Of a stretch of 64,000 nucleotides of DNA, positions 51,026 to 61,863 are shown piece by piece (the stretch's first letter is position 1; every line of letters starts with the position of its first letter). Origin of the DNA: Promethearchaeota archaeon (GTDB lineage Archaea > Asgardarchaeota > Lokiarchaeia > Sigyniarchaeales > SOKP01). The notes under the pieces are model-generated. The model did not search any database, was not told where the DNA came from, and was given only the letters and a program-made list of their open reading frames with translations. The position numbers and the translations under genes are program-made. The stretch lies in assembly GCA_019058245.1 (NCBI GenBank), contig JAHPZJ010000024.1:30036-94035 (forward strand), in the 5' to 3' direction.

Positions 51026-51949
51026 ATGACTACCATAGATTCTAACGATATAAAAGTAAGTCCTACTGTTTCTAAAATATGTATGATTATCTCTGCTATT
51101 AGTATGGGACATGTAGGGTTTATCATTAGTTTCCTTGATAAGTTCAATGTACTAACAATTGTATTAATAAGAGGACTTTTTGGAACTTTCTTTCTAACAT
51201 TATTTTTACTTAAATCAAATTCATTAAAATGGGATTTTTTAAAGGAATCTCTTAAAATTCATTGGAAAGAACTTTTAATTATTGGAATTATGAATCCATT
51301 GATTATCCTATTTTATTTTATAAATATAATTCTCACAGGATATTCATTTGCCGCATTTTTATTGTATACAGGACCTATGTTTTTTTTATTGTTTTTAATC
51401 CTCTCTAGGGAGGAAAAAGTATCAAGGATTAATACATTTTGTTTTATTATAGCCGTTATAGGTGTTGCTATTACTATGGAATTTTGGACGGGTAAAGCGT
51501 TAATTTCGGGTGTTTTTTTTGGTATTCTTTCAGGATTAACATTGGGAATATTAATATTTTATAAAAAGAAGATCTATATTAAACGTAAAAATTCAGAAAT
51601 CCTTTTTAAAGCAAAAGGTGACTTCGATACTTTTTTAGCATGGTGGCCTACATTATTTATTATTTTTATGTTTTTGCCCATATCTATATCTGATTTAATG
51701 AAATTCTCTTTTTTTGACTTAATTTTCGCTCTCATTTTAGGACTTTTCCCTACAGCACTAGCTTTTTTATTATATAATATCGGAATTAAAAATGATAAGA
51801 GTGGTAATATCATAATTCTATCATATCTAGAACCTGTTACAGCTACAATCCTAAATATTATTGTTCTGAAATCAATATCACTATTTACTATAATTGGAGG
51901 AAGTTTAATCCTAGTAGCCAATCTCATGGTTTTAAAATATTCAAGTTAA
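51026..51949 (+). CDS. EamA/DMT family transporter
   Basis: About 10 TM segments, LLYTGP, SYLEPV. Confidence 0.85.
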   Translation: MTTIDSNDIKVSPTVSKICMIISAISMGHVGFIISFLDKFNVLTIVLIRGLFGTFFLTLFLLKSNSLKWDFLKESLKIHWKELLIIGIMNPLIILFYFINIILTGYSFAAFLLYTGPMFFLLFLILSREEKVSRINTFCFIIAVIGVAITMEFWTGKALISGVFFGILSGLTLGILIFYKKKIYIKRKNSEILFKAKGDFDTFLAWWPTLFIIFMFLPISISDLMKFSFFDLIFALILGLFPTALAFLLYNIGIKNDKSGNIIILSYLEPVTATILNIIVLKSISLFTIIGGSLILVANLMVLKYSS

Positions 51950-52149
51950 AAAAGTTATAATGAAGATAATCTCCGTCTATGAAGATGATGTCCCAATTCT
52001 ATTGATTACTATGTTAAATGTAAAATATGATAGAAATGATTTTAATGGATTCATTAGCAGACTCCGCCAAGAAATTCTAAGATAAATTCTTTTTTTCTTT
52101 TTTTTTGAAAGGAGATTAATATTTTTTTTTTACTTTTTCTGAGAAATTA

Positions 52150-53136
52150 TTAGAATATAGCATTTATAGGAAAGTATAATATTATTGCGAAAATGGCGGA
52201 TATCGGAAATGTTAATAACCAAATTGCAACTATTTTCCATAAACCCTTTTCCATGGGAGCATTACTTGCTTTTGATAGTCCTACAAAAGATGCTACAAGC
52301 AGATGTGAACCTGATAGAGGAATTGTTTGAATTGTTCCAAGAAGCATGACCGCCGCTGTGGGTACCTGTACAGCAAAAGCAGTACTTGGCCTTAGCTCAG
52401 TTATTTTCCCTAAGTTTTTTATAACAATTCTTCCTAAGATCACAATTCCCGCAGCCATACTAAAGCCAGTTATAATCAATAATCCACTTAAATTTATATT
52501 ACCTCCAACTCCAACAACTATTCCAACTGCGTTAGAACAATCATTTCCTGCTCTAGAGAAGGCTGTAATACATATTACAATTAAAATGATATAAGAGTAT
52601 ATCTTCTCTGATCTTTCATAGTCCTGAAATCCTTTTAAATATTTGAGCTTATATTTATTCAATATCCTAACAACGAGATATGTCACTAAGAATCCAACTA
52701 TCGGAGACAATAACCACCATATACTCATTTCTAATATTGTATTCCAATTCACACCATCTATACTTCCTAACATCAATCCTATGCCCATAATGCCTCCTAT
52801 TGTGGAATGAGTTGATGATATTGGAAGACCTAAAGCGCTAGACAATATTAACCAGATGGCAGTGGAGATTAATATTGTCAAAACCACAGCATTCTGGTTA
52901 ATACCAGTGTTTTCATAGTTCAATAAAAGAATTTTGTCACCTACTGATTTAGCCACACCTTCTCCTAATAGGATAGCACCAGTAATGGCGAAAATAGCTG
53001 CTAAAATAAGAATTTGTTTCATGTTAAGAATTCTTGATCCATAGATCGGAGCCATTGTTTCATCATTAGCTCCTATGCCTATTGATATTATAATAGAAAT
53101 TAATATAAATATCGTTAATATTAAAACTGGATCCAT
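52150..53136 (-). CDS. PiT-family inorganic phosphate transporter
   Basis: GANDE, PISSTH, AGND. Confidence 0.9.
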   Translation of the reverse strand: MDPVLILTIFILISIIISIGIGANDETMAPIYGSRILNMKQILILAAIFAITGAILLGEGVAKSVGDKILLLNYENTGINQNAVVLTILISTAIWLILSSALGLPISSTHSTIGGIMGIGLMLGSIDGVNWNTILEMSIWWLLSPIVGFLVTYLVVRILNKYKLKYLKGFQDYERSEKIYSYIILIVICITAFSRAGNDCSNAVGIVVGVGGNINLSGLLIITGFSMAAGIVILGRIVIKNLGKITELRPSTAFAVQVPTAAVMLLGTIQTIPLSGSHLLVASFVGLSKASNAPMEKGLWKIVAIWLLTFPISAIFAIILYFPINAIF

Positions 53137-53175
53137 TGCTATCTTTTTCTCCCTTTTCTTTTTATTAATTTTTTT

Positions 53176-53832
53176 CTATTTACTTGGATATTTTACTATC
53201 AGACTTCTCAGAAAATCACTAATTTCTTCCGCGTTTGCTATCATATCAAATAATTTAATACAAATTTTTGATGTTAAATATATTTGAAGAGACTTTTCTT
53301 CTGATTTTTTATATATAACTTCTAAAATCCTAAATTTAGCTTTTCGACCTGTCCTCTTTAAAGTTTCAATTTCAAATGATTTTTCAAAGGCGGTTTTAAA
53401 ATCATTCTCCATTAGGTTTATCATTTTGATTAAAAGCTCTATGGATAGTTTATACGTATCATTAAGTATCTTTAAATCCTCCTTTATGTCATCATAACAA
53501 TCAAAAGGAAACACTTGTAAACTACGTGCAAGTTCTTCAGATCTATCAGATTCTATATCTAAATATTTTATTAATCTATATCGATCTTCAACCAGGAAAG
53601 GAAGAGCTCGTTTATCCATGTAGAGAACTTTTATATAATTTTCTTTTGCAGTATCTGCTTCATGCTCACATTTAATTACTTCTTCTAATTTATCTTTACT
53701 TAGTTTTCCTTCAATTAATTCATTAATACAATCGTGGAGTAAACCAGAACCTTTTAAAACTTGAACATAAAATTCATTTGCCACATCTAATATTTTGCTT
53801 TTCTTATCTTTTAATAGTTTCATTCTATTCAC
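53176..53832 (-). CDS. DUF47/PhoU-like Pit accessory protein
   Basis: EHEAD, PFLVEDR; sits upstream of the Pit gene. Confidence 0.88.
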   Translation of the reverse strand: MNRMKLLKDKKSKILDVANEFYVQVLKGSGLLHDCINELIEGKLSKDKLEEVIKCEHEADTAKENYIKVLYMDKRALPFLVEDRYRLIKYLDIESDRSEELARSLQVFPFDCYDDIKEDLKILNDTYKLSIELLIKMINLMENDFKTAFEKSFEIETLKRTGRKAKFRILEVIYKKSEEKSLQIYLTSKICIKLFDMIANAEEISDFLRSLIVKYPSK

Positions 53833-53979
53833 AATATCAATTAATAATCGAATAATCTCATTTATTATTTAATTCTTAAAAAAAATTTCTTTTTTCTATA
53901 GATTTAATAGAAAAAACTATAGATCGATATAGAGAAAATATTTTATATTTTCATAATTTTTAAATTTTAAACATATTGG

Positions 53980-54552
53980 ATGGAAAAATCTTTGCCATTT
54001 CTCGAAATTAAATTGGGAGATATATTTTTTGACCCAAAAGTGCAAATATTTTGCGTGAATCCTCATTTCAAATGTCCAATTTATGGGCATTCATGGACAT
54101 GTCCACCTGAAGCGCCCTATTTGGAAGAAACTATTTCTAAATATAAGAGATTTTATCTTATTTATGTTAAGATTAATTTAAAAGAGTATGTTCAAAAAAA
54201 AAAAGTTGAAAATCCAAAAAGAAGTGAAAAATCAATAAAAAATGAATTCTTCATGAAAAATCTTTTACGTGATAAACTTGAACGAGAAATTTTTGAATTC
54301 ATTAAGATTTTTCAATCCTTAAATGAAGAAAAACTTATTTTATGGGATGGATTTTGTAGAATTTGTTCTAATAAAGAAGACAAAGGATGTACTTATGACT
54401 CTGGTGATCCTTGTCGTTATCCAGATAAAAAAAGATATTCAATGGAAGCAATTGGGATTGATGTAACAAAAACAGTTATCAACTTAAATTTTAATTTGGA
54501 ATGGCCTCCTACTAATACCGTATATCGCTTTGGTCTAGTATGTTTAAAATAA
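53980..54552 (+). CDS. DUF2284-like metal-binding protein
   Basis: CPIYGHSWTCPP, CRIC, CRYP, SMEAIGIDV. Confidence 0.85.
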   Translation: MEKSLPFLEIKLGDIFFDPKVQIFCVNPHFKCPIYGHSWTCPPEAPYLEETISKYKRFYLIYVKINLKEYVQKKKVENPKRSEKSIKNEFFMKNLLRDKLEREIFEFIKIFQSLNEEKLILWDGFCRICSNKEDKGCTYDSGDPCRYPDKKRYSMEAIGIDVTKTVINLNFNLEWPPTNTVYRFGLVCLK

Positions 54553-54570
54553 AAAATAAGGATAAAAAAA

Positions 54571-55872
54571 TTAGAAATTACAATCCTCTATGACTATAGT
54601 TTCTTTTCTATCAGGACCAATTGAAACGCATGCGATATTTAATTGAAGTTCCTCTCTAATTGCTTGAATATAAATTTTCATTGTCTCTGGAAGAGCATCA
54701 TAACCTTTTAGCGCAATATTAGTCCATTCTTCTCTTGTTTTTTCTTTCCAACCTTCGAAACTTTTATATATTGGCTTACAATACTCAATTATTTCTGATT
54801 GAATTGGCCAACTTTCAAGTATTTTACCATCTAATTCATAATTAACACATATTTTAATTGGATTTATATCTTCTAACGCATCTAAAAGAGTGATTATAAC
54901 TTTATCCACGCCATTAATCATAATTCCATATTTAATATTGAAAAGATCCAACCATCCAACCCTTCTTGGTCTACCAGTTACTGTGCCATATTCATGACCT
55001 TGTTCTCTAATTTTCTTAGCTGTATCATTAAATAATTCAGTTGGAAATCTTCCCTTTCCTACACGGGAAGTATATGCCTTTACAATACCAATTATTTTAT
55101 TTATTTTTTTTGGAGGAATTCCAGTGCCAGATGAAATACCTAACGCGTTTGCATTAGAAGATGTTCCATATGGATAAAATCCATGATCTACATCAAGTAA
55201 ACTACCTTGAGCAGCTTCAAAAAGAATTTTCTTTCCAGAATCAATAGCTTTATTCAAGTAATAAGCGGTGTCAATTACATAAGGTTTTAATTGCTCGCCA
55301 TAAGATTTATATTCTTCATAAATGGCTTCCAAATCAAGATCAACGTTAGGATCATAGATTGATATTAAATCCTTCTTAATCTTATATAATTTTTCTAATT
55401 TAGGTCTTAAGATCTTAGGATTTATTATGTCGTAAATTCGTAAACCCCACCGAGCTGCTTTATCAGAATAAGTTGGTCCAATTCCTCTTTTGGTTGTCCC
55501 AGCAGCATATTCTCCTTTAGTTTTTTCTTCTAATTCATCTAAAATACGATGAAAAGGAAAAATCACATGCGCTGTGGAACTCAACTTTAACTCAACATTC
55601 TTATTCAGTTTCTTTAAGTTTTCAATTTCTTCAAGTAAAACTTTCGGGTCAACTACACAACCATTAGCAATTACACCCTCTTTTTCTAAAGGAGCACCTG
55701 AAGGCATTAATTTAAATTTATATTTGACGCCATTAGCCTGTATAGTGTGACCTGCGTTATTTCCTCCATTATACCTTACTACAACATCCGCTTTTTGAGC
55801 AAAGTAATCTACAAACTTACCTTTTCCTTCATCGCCCCAACTTAACCCAACTACTGCAATAGTATTACTCAT
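54571..55872 (-). CDS. purA: Adenylosuccinate synthase
   Basis: WGDEGKGK, NAGHT, GTTKRGIGP, TVTGRPRR. Confidence 0.97.
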   Translation of the reverse strand: MSNTIAVVGLSWGDEGKGKFVDYFAQKADVVVRYNGGNNAGHTIQANGVKYKFKLMPSGAPLEKEGVIANGCVVDPKVLLEEIENLKKLNKNVELKLSSTAHVIFPFHRILDELEEKTKGEYAAGTTKRGIGPTYSDKAARWGLRIYDIINPKILRPKLEKLYKIKKDLISIYDPNVDLDLEAIYEEYKSYGEQLKPYVIDTAYYLNKAIDSGKKILFEAAQGSLLDVDHGFYPYGTSSNANALGISSGTGIPPKKINKIIGIVKAYTSRVGKGRFPTELFNDTAKKIREQGHEYGTVTGRPRRVGWLDLFNIKYGIMINGVDKVIITLLDALEDINPIKICVNYELDGKILESWPIQSEIIEYCKPIYKSFEGWKEKTREEWTNIALKGYDALPETMKIYIQAIREELQLNIACVSIGPDRKETIVIEDCNF

Positions 55873-56077
55873 AAATCATTTTCCATTTAACATTTTTATA
55901 TATTATCTACACTTAAATTGTTCCAAAAAAGATTATTGAATACACTTTAAAAAATTTTCGGTATATAGGTAAGAACGGAAAAATAGTGGTTATATAATCA
56001 TTTTTATATGTGAATTTTCTTGTAAGACATAATCTATTTTTAATAATTCCTTACTAAAAGCCCTCATCGTTTTCGAT

Positions 56078-56995
56078 ATGCTTAAAAAAACTGTCCTTAT
56101 AGATTTGGCTCATAATGAAATGTTAAATATCGACGAAGAAGAGTTCAAGGAATTTTTGGATCTCCTTAAAAGATTAGATCTAAAAGTAAAAAAAAATGAA
56201 AGTGGTCAAATTTCTAAGGAAATCTTAGAAAATATAGATCTCTTAATTATTGGGAATCCGATTGATGATTTCTTTTCTAGTTTGGAAATAAAGTGTATTG
56301 TTGATCACGTAAGGAGTGGAAGTGGACTATTACTCTTGAGTGAATATGGTTCGGATTCTCTTCAAAAAACTAATCTTAATGATATTGCTGGAAAGTTTGG
56401 TATCCTTTTTGAAAAAAATCTAATTAAAGAAATGAATGATAATAACCAAAATTGTTCAAGTATATTACATATCCAAGATTTTCTTAAAAATCAAATAACA
56501 AAAAATTTAAGAGAGATGATAATGGGAGGTACATGTTCTTTACTCTTAAATAAAGAAGTAAAAACTTTACTAAAAACAGGTGAAAATTCTGTATGGGTCG
56601 AAGTCTATAATAATACATCTGAAAAATGGACAAAAGAGAATGAGAGACAACAAATTATTGCTGCATATACTGAATTTGGTCAAGGAAAAGTGATAGCAAT
56701 AGGGGATATCGATATTTTTACGTCGAATTCTAGAATTGGATTAAATTCATATGATAACCGAAAATTTATACAAAATGTAATTAATTGGTTAATAATTCCA
56801 GTTAAAGAATCAAAAGTTATGTTATTTATACTAAATCAACTCGGAGATCTACAATATCAAATCAGAGAATCTAATAAGATTCTTAATAATATTATAGAAA
56901 CTATGACTATTTTAGAAAAGAGAATTAGTTATATAGAAAATAACTCAAAGGGGTATTTACAGAAATCAGATTCAGAAGAAGGTTTTAAGATCTGA
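56078..56995 (+). CDS. GIFT/DUF4350 (GATase-like, IFT52-related) domain protein with C-terminal coiled coil
   Basis: VLIDLAHNE, DLLIIGNP, GSGLLLLSE, GQGKVIAIGDIDIF, DNRKFIQNVINWL. Confidence 0.75.
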   Translation: MLKKTVLIDLAHNEMLNIDEEEFKEFLDLLKRLDLKVKKNESGQISKEILENIDLLIIGNPIDDFFSSLEIKCIVDHVRSGSGLLLLSEYGSDSLQKTNLNDIAGKFGILFEKNLIKEMNDNNQNCSSILHIQDFLKNQITKNLREMIMGGTCSLLLNKEVKTLLKTGENSVWVEVYNNTSEKWTKENERQQIIAAYTEFGQGKVIAIGDIDIFTSNSRIGLNSYDNRKFIQNVINWLIIPVKESKVMLFILNQLGDLQYQIRESNKILNNIIETMTILEKRISYIENNSKGYLQKSDSEEGFKI

Positions 56996-57352
56996 TTAAT
57001 TATTTCATCGATGTGCATTTTTTTAAACGAATGATTCTTAAAATAGAACATCATATTTAATATACTACTACTTCATTATATAGTTAAAATATTTAGAATT
57101 TTTGAACTTAAGAAATATTGATCTACTCAAACATATATTTAGACTGGTAAAGTTAAACTTTAACTATAATAAAATGATGATGTAAATATTTGCCAATTTT
57201 TTTATTTATATATGATTTGATTTCGAGCTCTTTTCATCATTAACTTCATTCTCCTTTTACTGAAAAGAAGAATCTTAGTAAAATGTTTATATGTTTATAT
57301 ATCCTAAATTTATTCAGCTGATTTTGTAGTTGAAAGGTTGGGATATTTAGGC

Positions 57353-57757
57353 ATGAAAAAAGTGAAACTAAAACTAACAGCTTTAGCAATTTTCTCAATT
57401 ATTTTGTTATCCAACTATGTTCCATTTATTTCTAATTATTTAAATAAATCAGATTTAGATCCTGATCCTTATGATGAAGGATTAACCACTTATACCATTA
57501 CAGACAATGGAACTCTCAACCAAGCTGCATGCGCAGCCATATCTCAAGGAGATGTAAATATTACTTTTTATGCAAAAGATCTTGCGGGAAATGAAGCATC
57601 TGAAATGATTACCGTAAAAAAAGTCATTCCATCCGGAGGATTAGAACCAGGTGTAGTAATAATTATTGTTATCGTTTCTATAATCGGAGGAGTTGCAGTA
57701 GTAGCGGGTGTCTATATATTTATGAAAAAACGAGCAACACCAGCAACACCAGAATAA
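57353..57757 (+). pseudogene. Probable internally deleted surface protein (signal peptide, half an Ig-like repeat, C-terminal TM anchor)
   Basis: Signal-like MKKVKLKLTALAIFSIILL is joined almost directly to ...ITFYAKDLAGN...TVKK and a TM segment ending KKR. Confidence 0.5.
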
Positions 57758-57837
57758 TTCTTAATCATATTCCCCTTCATTATATGATTTTTAATCTAAA
57801 AAAAAAATTCAATAGAAAAAAAGTAATAATTAATAGA

Positions 57838-59061
57838 TTATTTTTTTGATTGAATTTCTACTTTAATTAAATTATAATTTCTTGTTCCTAGGCCAATTTC
57901 TTCAGCTAATTTTAATTGTAATTCCCAATGATTTGATTTTTTACCGCTAAAATCCATTTCTCCACTTTCTGGATCAAAACGAGGCGTGTGTGAAAACCAC
58001 TCATAAGGACCTTGAGTCGGAAGATCCTTGACATCAGAAAGAGCTGAATGAGGAGAAATTGAAGATTGATGTATCAGATCTATAGTAGCTTGATCTAATG
58101 CCACGGGATCCAGGGAAGCTAAAACTCCAATATCAGGAACAAATGGAACATCCGAACCACCTGTACAATCACATTGATATGTAATATCAATTGCATAATT
58201 AATGCAAAATATTTTTTCTTTTCCGAAATATTCAACGACTCCTTTTGCATTATCAACCATTTGTGCAGTAAACTCATCACGCGTAACTGTACCAATATTG
58301 ATTACTTTATCTTTACATACTGAAGCACACATATAGCAAAATTTACATTTTTCTTTTTCAAAAACTAATTTATTATTAAGATCCTTAGCTAAAGCTTTTG
58401 TTGGGCATATATTAATGCAATTTCTGCATTCAGTATTACAATTTTCAAAATCAATTTCAAATGTTTTTCCTGTATGCGCTTCTGCCTTACCTCCCTTACT
58501 CACACATCCAATTCCAAGATTTTTAATTGATCCACCAAAACCTCCACTTGGATGGCCCTTAAAATGAGTAGCTAATATTAAATAATCAAACTCACGTAAA
58601 CGTCCTGCTACTAAGACTTCTTTGAATCTCCTACCATCAATTTTTTGAATTTCAATATCCTCTCCAGTTTTTCCATCAAGCATTAGAATTGGAGCACCCA
58701 TAGTTTCCTCTGTAAAACCATGGAGAAGTGCAACTTTTAGATATTCTTCTTCAGTAGCTCTACCACTATATTCTGTATGTGTTCCAGAAACACTTTCAGG
58801 AACGCCCCATCCACAAGATTCTGCAACTGAGGGAATAGCTCCTAATTCTTTAACGAAATCACATAAAAATCGAATGTAACTTGGACGGAGATATCTAATG
58901 TTCTCTAATGCTCCAAAATGGGTTTTAATTACTACTTTATCACCATTTTTAATTCTTTGTTCAATTCCAATCTTTTTCAAAGCTAAAGGAGCCTTAAATT
59001 TACTCATACTCTGATCGTGAGAATGGGTTCGAGCAGTAAAATAAAATACATCTGATTTCAT
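57838..59061 (-). CDS. DUF362 Fe-S protein
   Basis: IKTHFG, THFKGH, GGSIKNLGIGC, ferredoxin insert, CDC, DPVALD. Confidence 0.88.
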   Translation of the reverse strand: MKSDVFYFTARTHSHDQSMSKFKAPLALKKIGIEQRIKNGDKVVIKTHFGALENIRYLRPSYIRFLCDFVKELGAIPSVAESCGWGVPESVSGTHTEYSGRATEEEYLKVALLHGFTEETMGAPILMLDGKTGEDIEIQKIDGRRFKEVLVAGRLREFDYLILATHFKGHPSGGFGGSIKNLGIGCVSKGGKAEAHTGKTFEIDFENCNTECRNCINICPTKALAKDLNNKLVFEKEKCKFCYMCASVCKDKVINIGTVTRDEFTAQMVDNAKGVVEYFGKEKIFCINYAIDITYQCDCTGGSDVPFVPDIGVLASLDPVALDQATIDLIHQSSISPHSALSDVKDLPTQGPYEWFSHTPRFDPESGEMDFSGKKSNHWELQLKLAEEIGLGTRNYNLIKVEIQSKK

Positions 59062-59211
59062 TTTTTTTCACAATAAAAAAGCTATGATCAACTCACACAA
59101 ATAATTAGAGTTTCAAATTTTAGACACAAAATATTTTAAAACTAATTAATTCTATCTATATAATATATAAGCAGATTTATGACTCTAAATAAATAATATT
59201 ATAATATTATA

Positions 59212-59442
59212 ATGGCTCGCTGCCCCGAATGTGGAGGATTTATGAAATACCATTCAGCCATAAAACAGGTTGTGTGCCAATCATGTGGATTGTCGCTTAC
59301 TAGACATGAATTAGATAGATATTGGCAAAAAGTAAGAAGTGAAAATATCACAGATGATGATTCTTTACAACAAAAGAAAAATCGACGTAAAGAGTGGTTA
59401 GAATGGTACTCAAGTTCAAAATCCGATAAAGAACATTATTAA
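59212..59442 (+). CDS. Small zinc-ribbon protein
   Basis: CPECGG...CQSCG; helical tail with WLEWY. Confidence 0.8.
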   Translation: MARCPECGGFMKYHSAIKQVVCQSCGLSLTRHELDRYWQKVRSENITDDDSLQQKKNRRKEWLEWYSSSKSDKEHY

Positions 59443-59472
59443 AAGTAGAAAGATTAAGGATTTTCTATATTA

Positions 59473-59499
59473 TAAGTGATTTTTATATAAAATCACATA
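59473..59499. terminator. Inverted repeat between convergent genes; possible terminator or protein-binding site
   Basis: TAAGTGATTTT-TATAT-AAAATCACATA followed by an A10 tract. Confidence 0.4.
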
Positions 59500-59541
59500 A
59501 AAAAAAAAGAGTCATATTGATTAAAATATTAAAATTTTGAA

Positions 59542-60735
59542 TTAACTCCTAAATTTTCTTTCTATAATATCTTCTAATAACTCAGCTAGTTTTTTTGCCG
59601 GGATGTCTAAAAGAGTAATTTCTAGATGTCTTCCACGTGTCGCTTCCTCAATTCTTACTGTTTTAGAACTAACAATTTTTAATTGAGTAAGTTGGCGCAC
59701 ATATTTTCTAAAACTCATTTTAACATGTGGTTCTACAGAATAATTTTCACATATTGCATTATATTCTTCAAACGCATCATCAACTAATGTAAAAGGATCA
59801 TCTTTATCGTATAAAGATCTAACAATACCATATAATGCAAAAATTTCTTGATCTTTTAATTCATCAATGATATCATTTCTAAAAGTAGGATATACATCAT
59901 TCGAAGCTTCTCTAACTATATCAGCAGTAATACTATTAAATTCTTCTTTATCGCAATATGATCCGCTTTTTCTTAATATTTCAATACCATGTCTCATATT
60001 TTTATGCTCGACAGTAATTTGGCATATCATTGACAATAGTTCTTGGGAAATAACATCTTCTTTTAATGCAAGATCACTACGATATTTTAGTATTTGCATT
60101 GCTTCGTCAAATCCATAGGGTTTAAGTTGAATTTTTTCATTTAATCTACTTAAAATCCTCTCATTTTCAATAGTCATCCAATCTTTACTTCTAGAAATTA
60201 AAAGTAATGATAATTTTGCATTTTGATGACCAAAAGTCTCAGCAATATCTAAAAATGCTAATACATCATCTGGTTTCAAAAGGTGAATCTCATCAATAAT
60301 TAATAACATATAACCTTGCTCCCGGATAAGTTGTGAAAGAATGAGCTTCAATGCTTCGTCATCACTAAAACCTCTTCCACTACCATGTTGATATTTTGCA
60401 AGAAGTTCTCTAATTATCTTACTTTTAGAACGAAAATTAATACAATTAAAATATTCAATAAATAGATTAACATCATTCTCAATTGCAATAGTTCTAAATG
60501 TTCTTCCAAAAAATCGAGCTGTACAGGTTTTTCCGACACCACCCTTTCCCAAAATTAAACAATTTATGGAAGGCTGCTCCTTTTCCTCTAAGATCCTCCG
60601 ATAATTAAATATTAATGTTTTTAGAGCATCATCACGACAGTATAATTTTTCTGGTACATAACTTAAATCAAGAGAGCTTGCCTGTCGAAAAACAGATTTT
60701 TTCTGAAATTGTTTTCTGAACTCATCCTCATCCAT
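59542..60735 (-). CDS. cdc6: Cdc6/Orc1 replication initiator
   Basis: SYVPEKLYCRD, GKGGVGKT, IIDE, PY, C-terminal winged helix with RGR. Confidence 0.93.
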   Translation of the reverse strand: MDEDEFRKQFQKKSVFRQASSLDLSYVPEKLYCRDDALKTLIFNYRRILEEKEQPSINCLILGKGGVGKTCTARFFGRTFRTIAIENDVNLFIEYFNCINFRSKSKIIRELLAKYQHGSGRGFSDDEALKLILSQLIREQGYMLLIIDEIHLLKPDDVLAFLDIAETFGHQNAKLSLLLISRSKDWMTIENERILSRLNEKIQLKPYGFDEAMQILKYRSDLALKEDVISQELLSMICQITVEHKNMRHGIEILRKSGSYCDKEEFNSITADIVREASNDVYPTFRNDIIDELKDQEIFALYGIVRSLYDKDDPFTLVDDAFEEYNAICENYSVEPHVKMSFRKYVRQLTQLKIVSSKTVRIEEATRGRHLEITLLDIPAKKLAELLEDIIERKFRS

Positions 60736-60870
60736 GTTAAATCGAGAAGACTCACTATATAATTTTGATGTATAAGTAATAAAAGAACAATTTAAGTTAA
60801 AATTTTCTTATACTTATTAAATTATTTTTTATTTCTAATAAATGTAATAACTAAAGAAGTAGAGTAAAAT

Positions 60871-61794
60871 CTATAATTTGTCTAAATTATTTAAAGGATG
60901 CATCTGAGAGTATGATTCTTTTAATTTTGTTATGTCATTTTTAGCATAAATTCGTGTTGTGTTTGGACTTGAATGTCCTAAAATATCTTGTAATTCACTA
61001 ATATCCATTCCTGAACGTCTTAAATGAGTCGCTCCTGTATGTCTAAAAACATGAGGTGTGATTATTTTAGATTCAGAAAATCCACACTTTTCTTTAATTG
61101 TTTTGATATCTGTTTGCACAACTCGTGGATTTAATTTTTGGTTCCTTGTATTTACTAATAAATAATCTTCATAATCATAATTTATTCTGTTTCTAAGATG
61201 CTCTTTAAATATTTCCAGAGTTTTTTGATCAACAGGGACTATTCTCTCTTTATTTCCCTTCCCACGAAGCTGAATATAACCTCTTTCGAAATCTATGTCC
61301 CTTATTTTTATATTACATAATTCGCTCACCCTCGCCATAGTTGAATATAATAATCTAACAATCAAATAATATCGTTCACTTTTTCGAGAGTTGAATAATC
61401 GTCGATTCTTGAGTTTTATAAAAATCTCTTCTATGTCAGAAATTTTTAGAAATTTAGGTAGGCTTTCTTCAAGTTTAATTTTTGGAGATCTAATTGTACT
61501 CATAGGATCTTTTGGTATAAACTCATTGAGAGTTAAAAATTTAAAGTAAGAACGTAATGATGCTATCTTTCTACCAATACCTTTCTTAGTATAGTTCATA
61601 TCATTTAATTTTTTTAAAAACAACCGAATTTTTTGGCGTAAAAAGGGCGAATTTATTTGGAGATCTCCTATAAGTTCAATGAATTTTTGAAGATCATAAC
61701 GATAAGCTTTTATGGTTGATGGTGAGCAGCCTTCCTCAACCTCTTTTGCGACTAAGAAGTCTTCAATAAAATTAGATATTTTGTAGTTTTCCAT
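60871..61794 (-). CDS. xerA: XerA/XerD-type tyrosine recombinase
   Basis: LRSYFKF, LPKFL, RVSEL, GKGNKER, HVFRH, LGH, Y. Confidence 0.9.
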   Translation of the reverse strand: MENYKISNFIEDFLVAKEVEEGCSPSTIKAYRYDLQKFIELIGDLQINSPFLRQKIRLFLKKLNDMNYTKKGIGRKIASLRSYFKFLTLNEFIPKDPMSTIRSPKIKLEESLPKFLKISDIEEIFIKLKNRRLFNSRKSERYYLIVRLLYSTMARVSELCNIKIRDIDFERGYIQLRGKGNKERIVPVDQKTLEIFKEHLRNRINYDYEDYLLVNTRNQKLNPRVVQTDIKTIKEKCGFSESKIITPHVFRHTGATHLRRSGMDISELQDILGHSSPNTTRIYAKNDITKLKESYSQMHPLNNLDKL

Positions 61795-61863
61795 GTTATA
61801 TGGAAATCATCGTGATAATACAAAATATAGTGTATTATGGAGGTATATATCTCATGTAAGCAT

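Noticed and set aside
51960-52085. 41-aa ORF MKIISVYEDDVPILLITML...
   Set aside because: Too short and motif-free to call; could be a gene fragment.
60736-60870. Replication origin upstream of cdc6
   Set aside because: AT-rich but short, with no recognisable ORB repeats.
60871-61794. Integrase of an integrated mobile element
   Set aside because: XerA/XerD-like protein between trxB and cdc6, with no att repeats, tRNA or phage/plasmid genes nearby.
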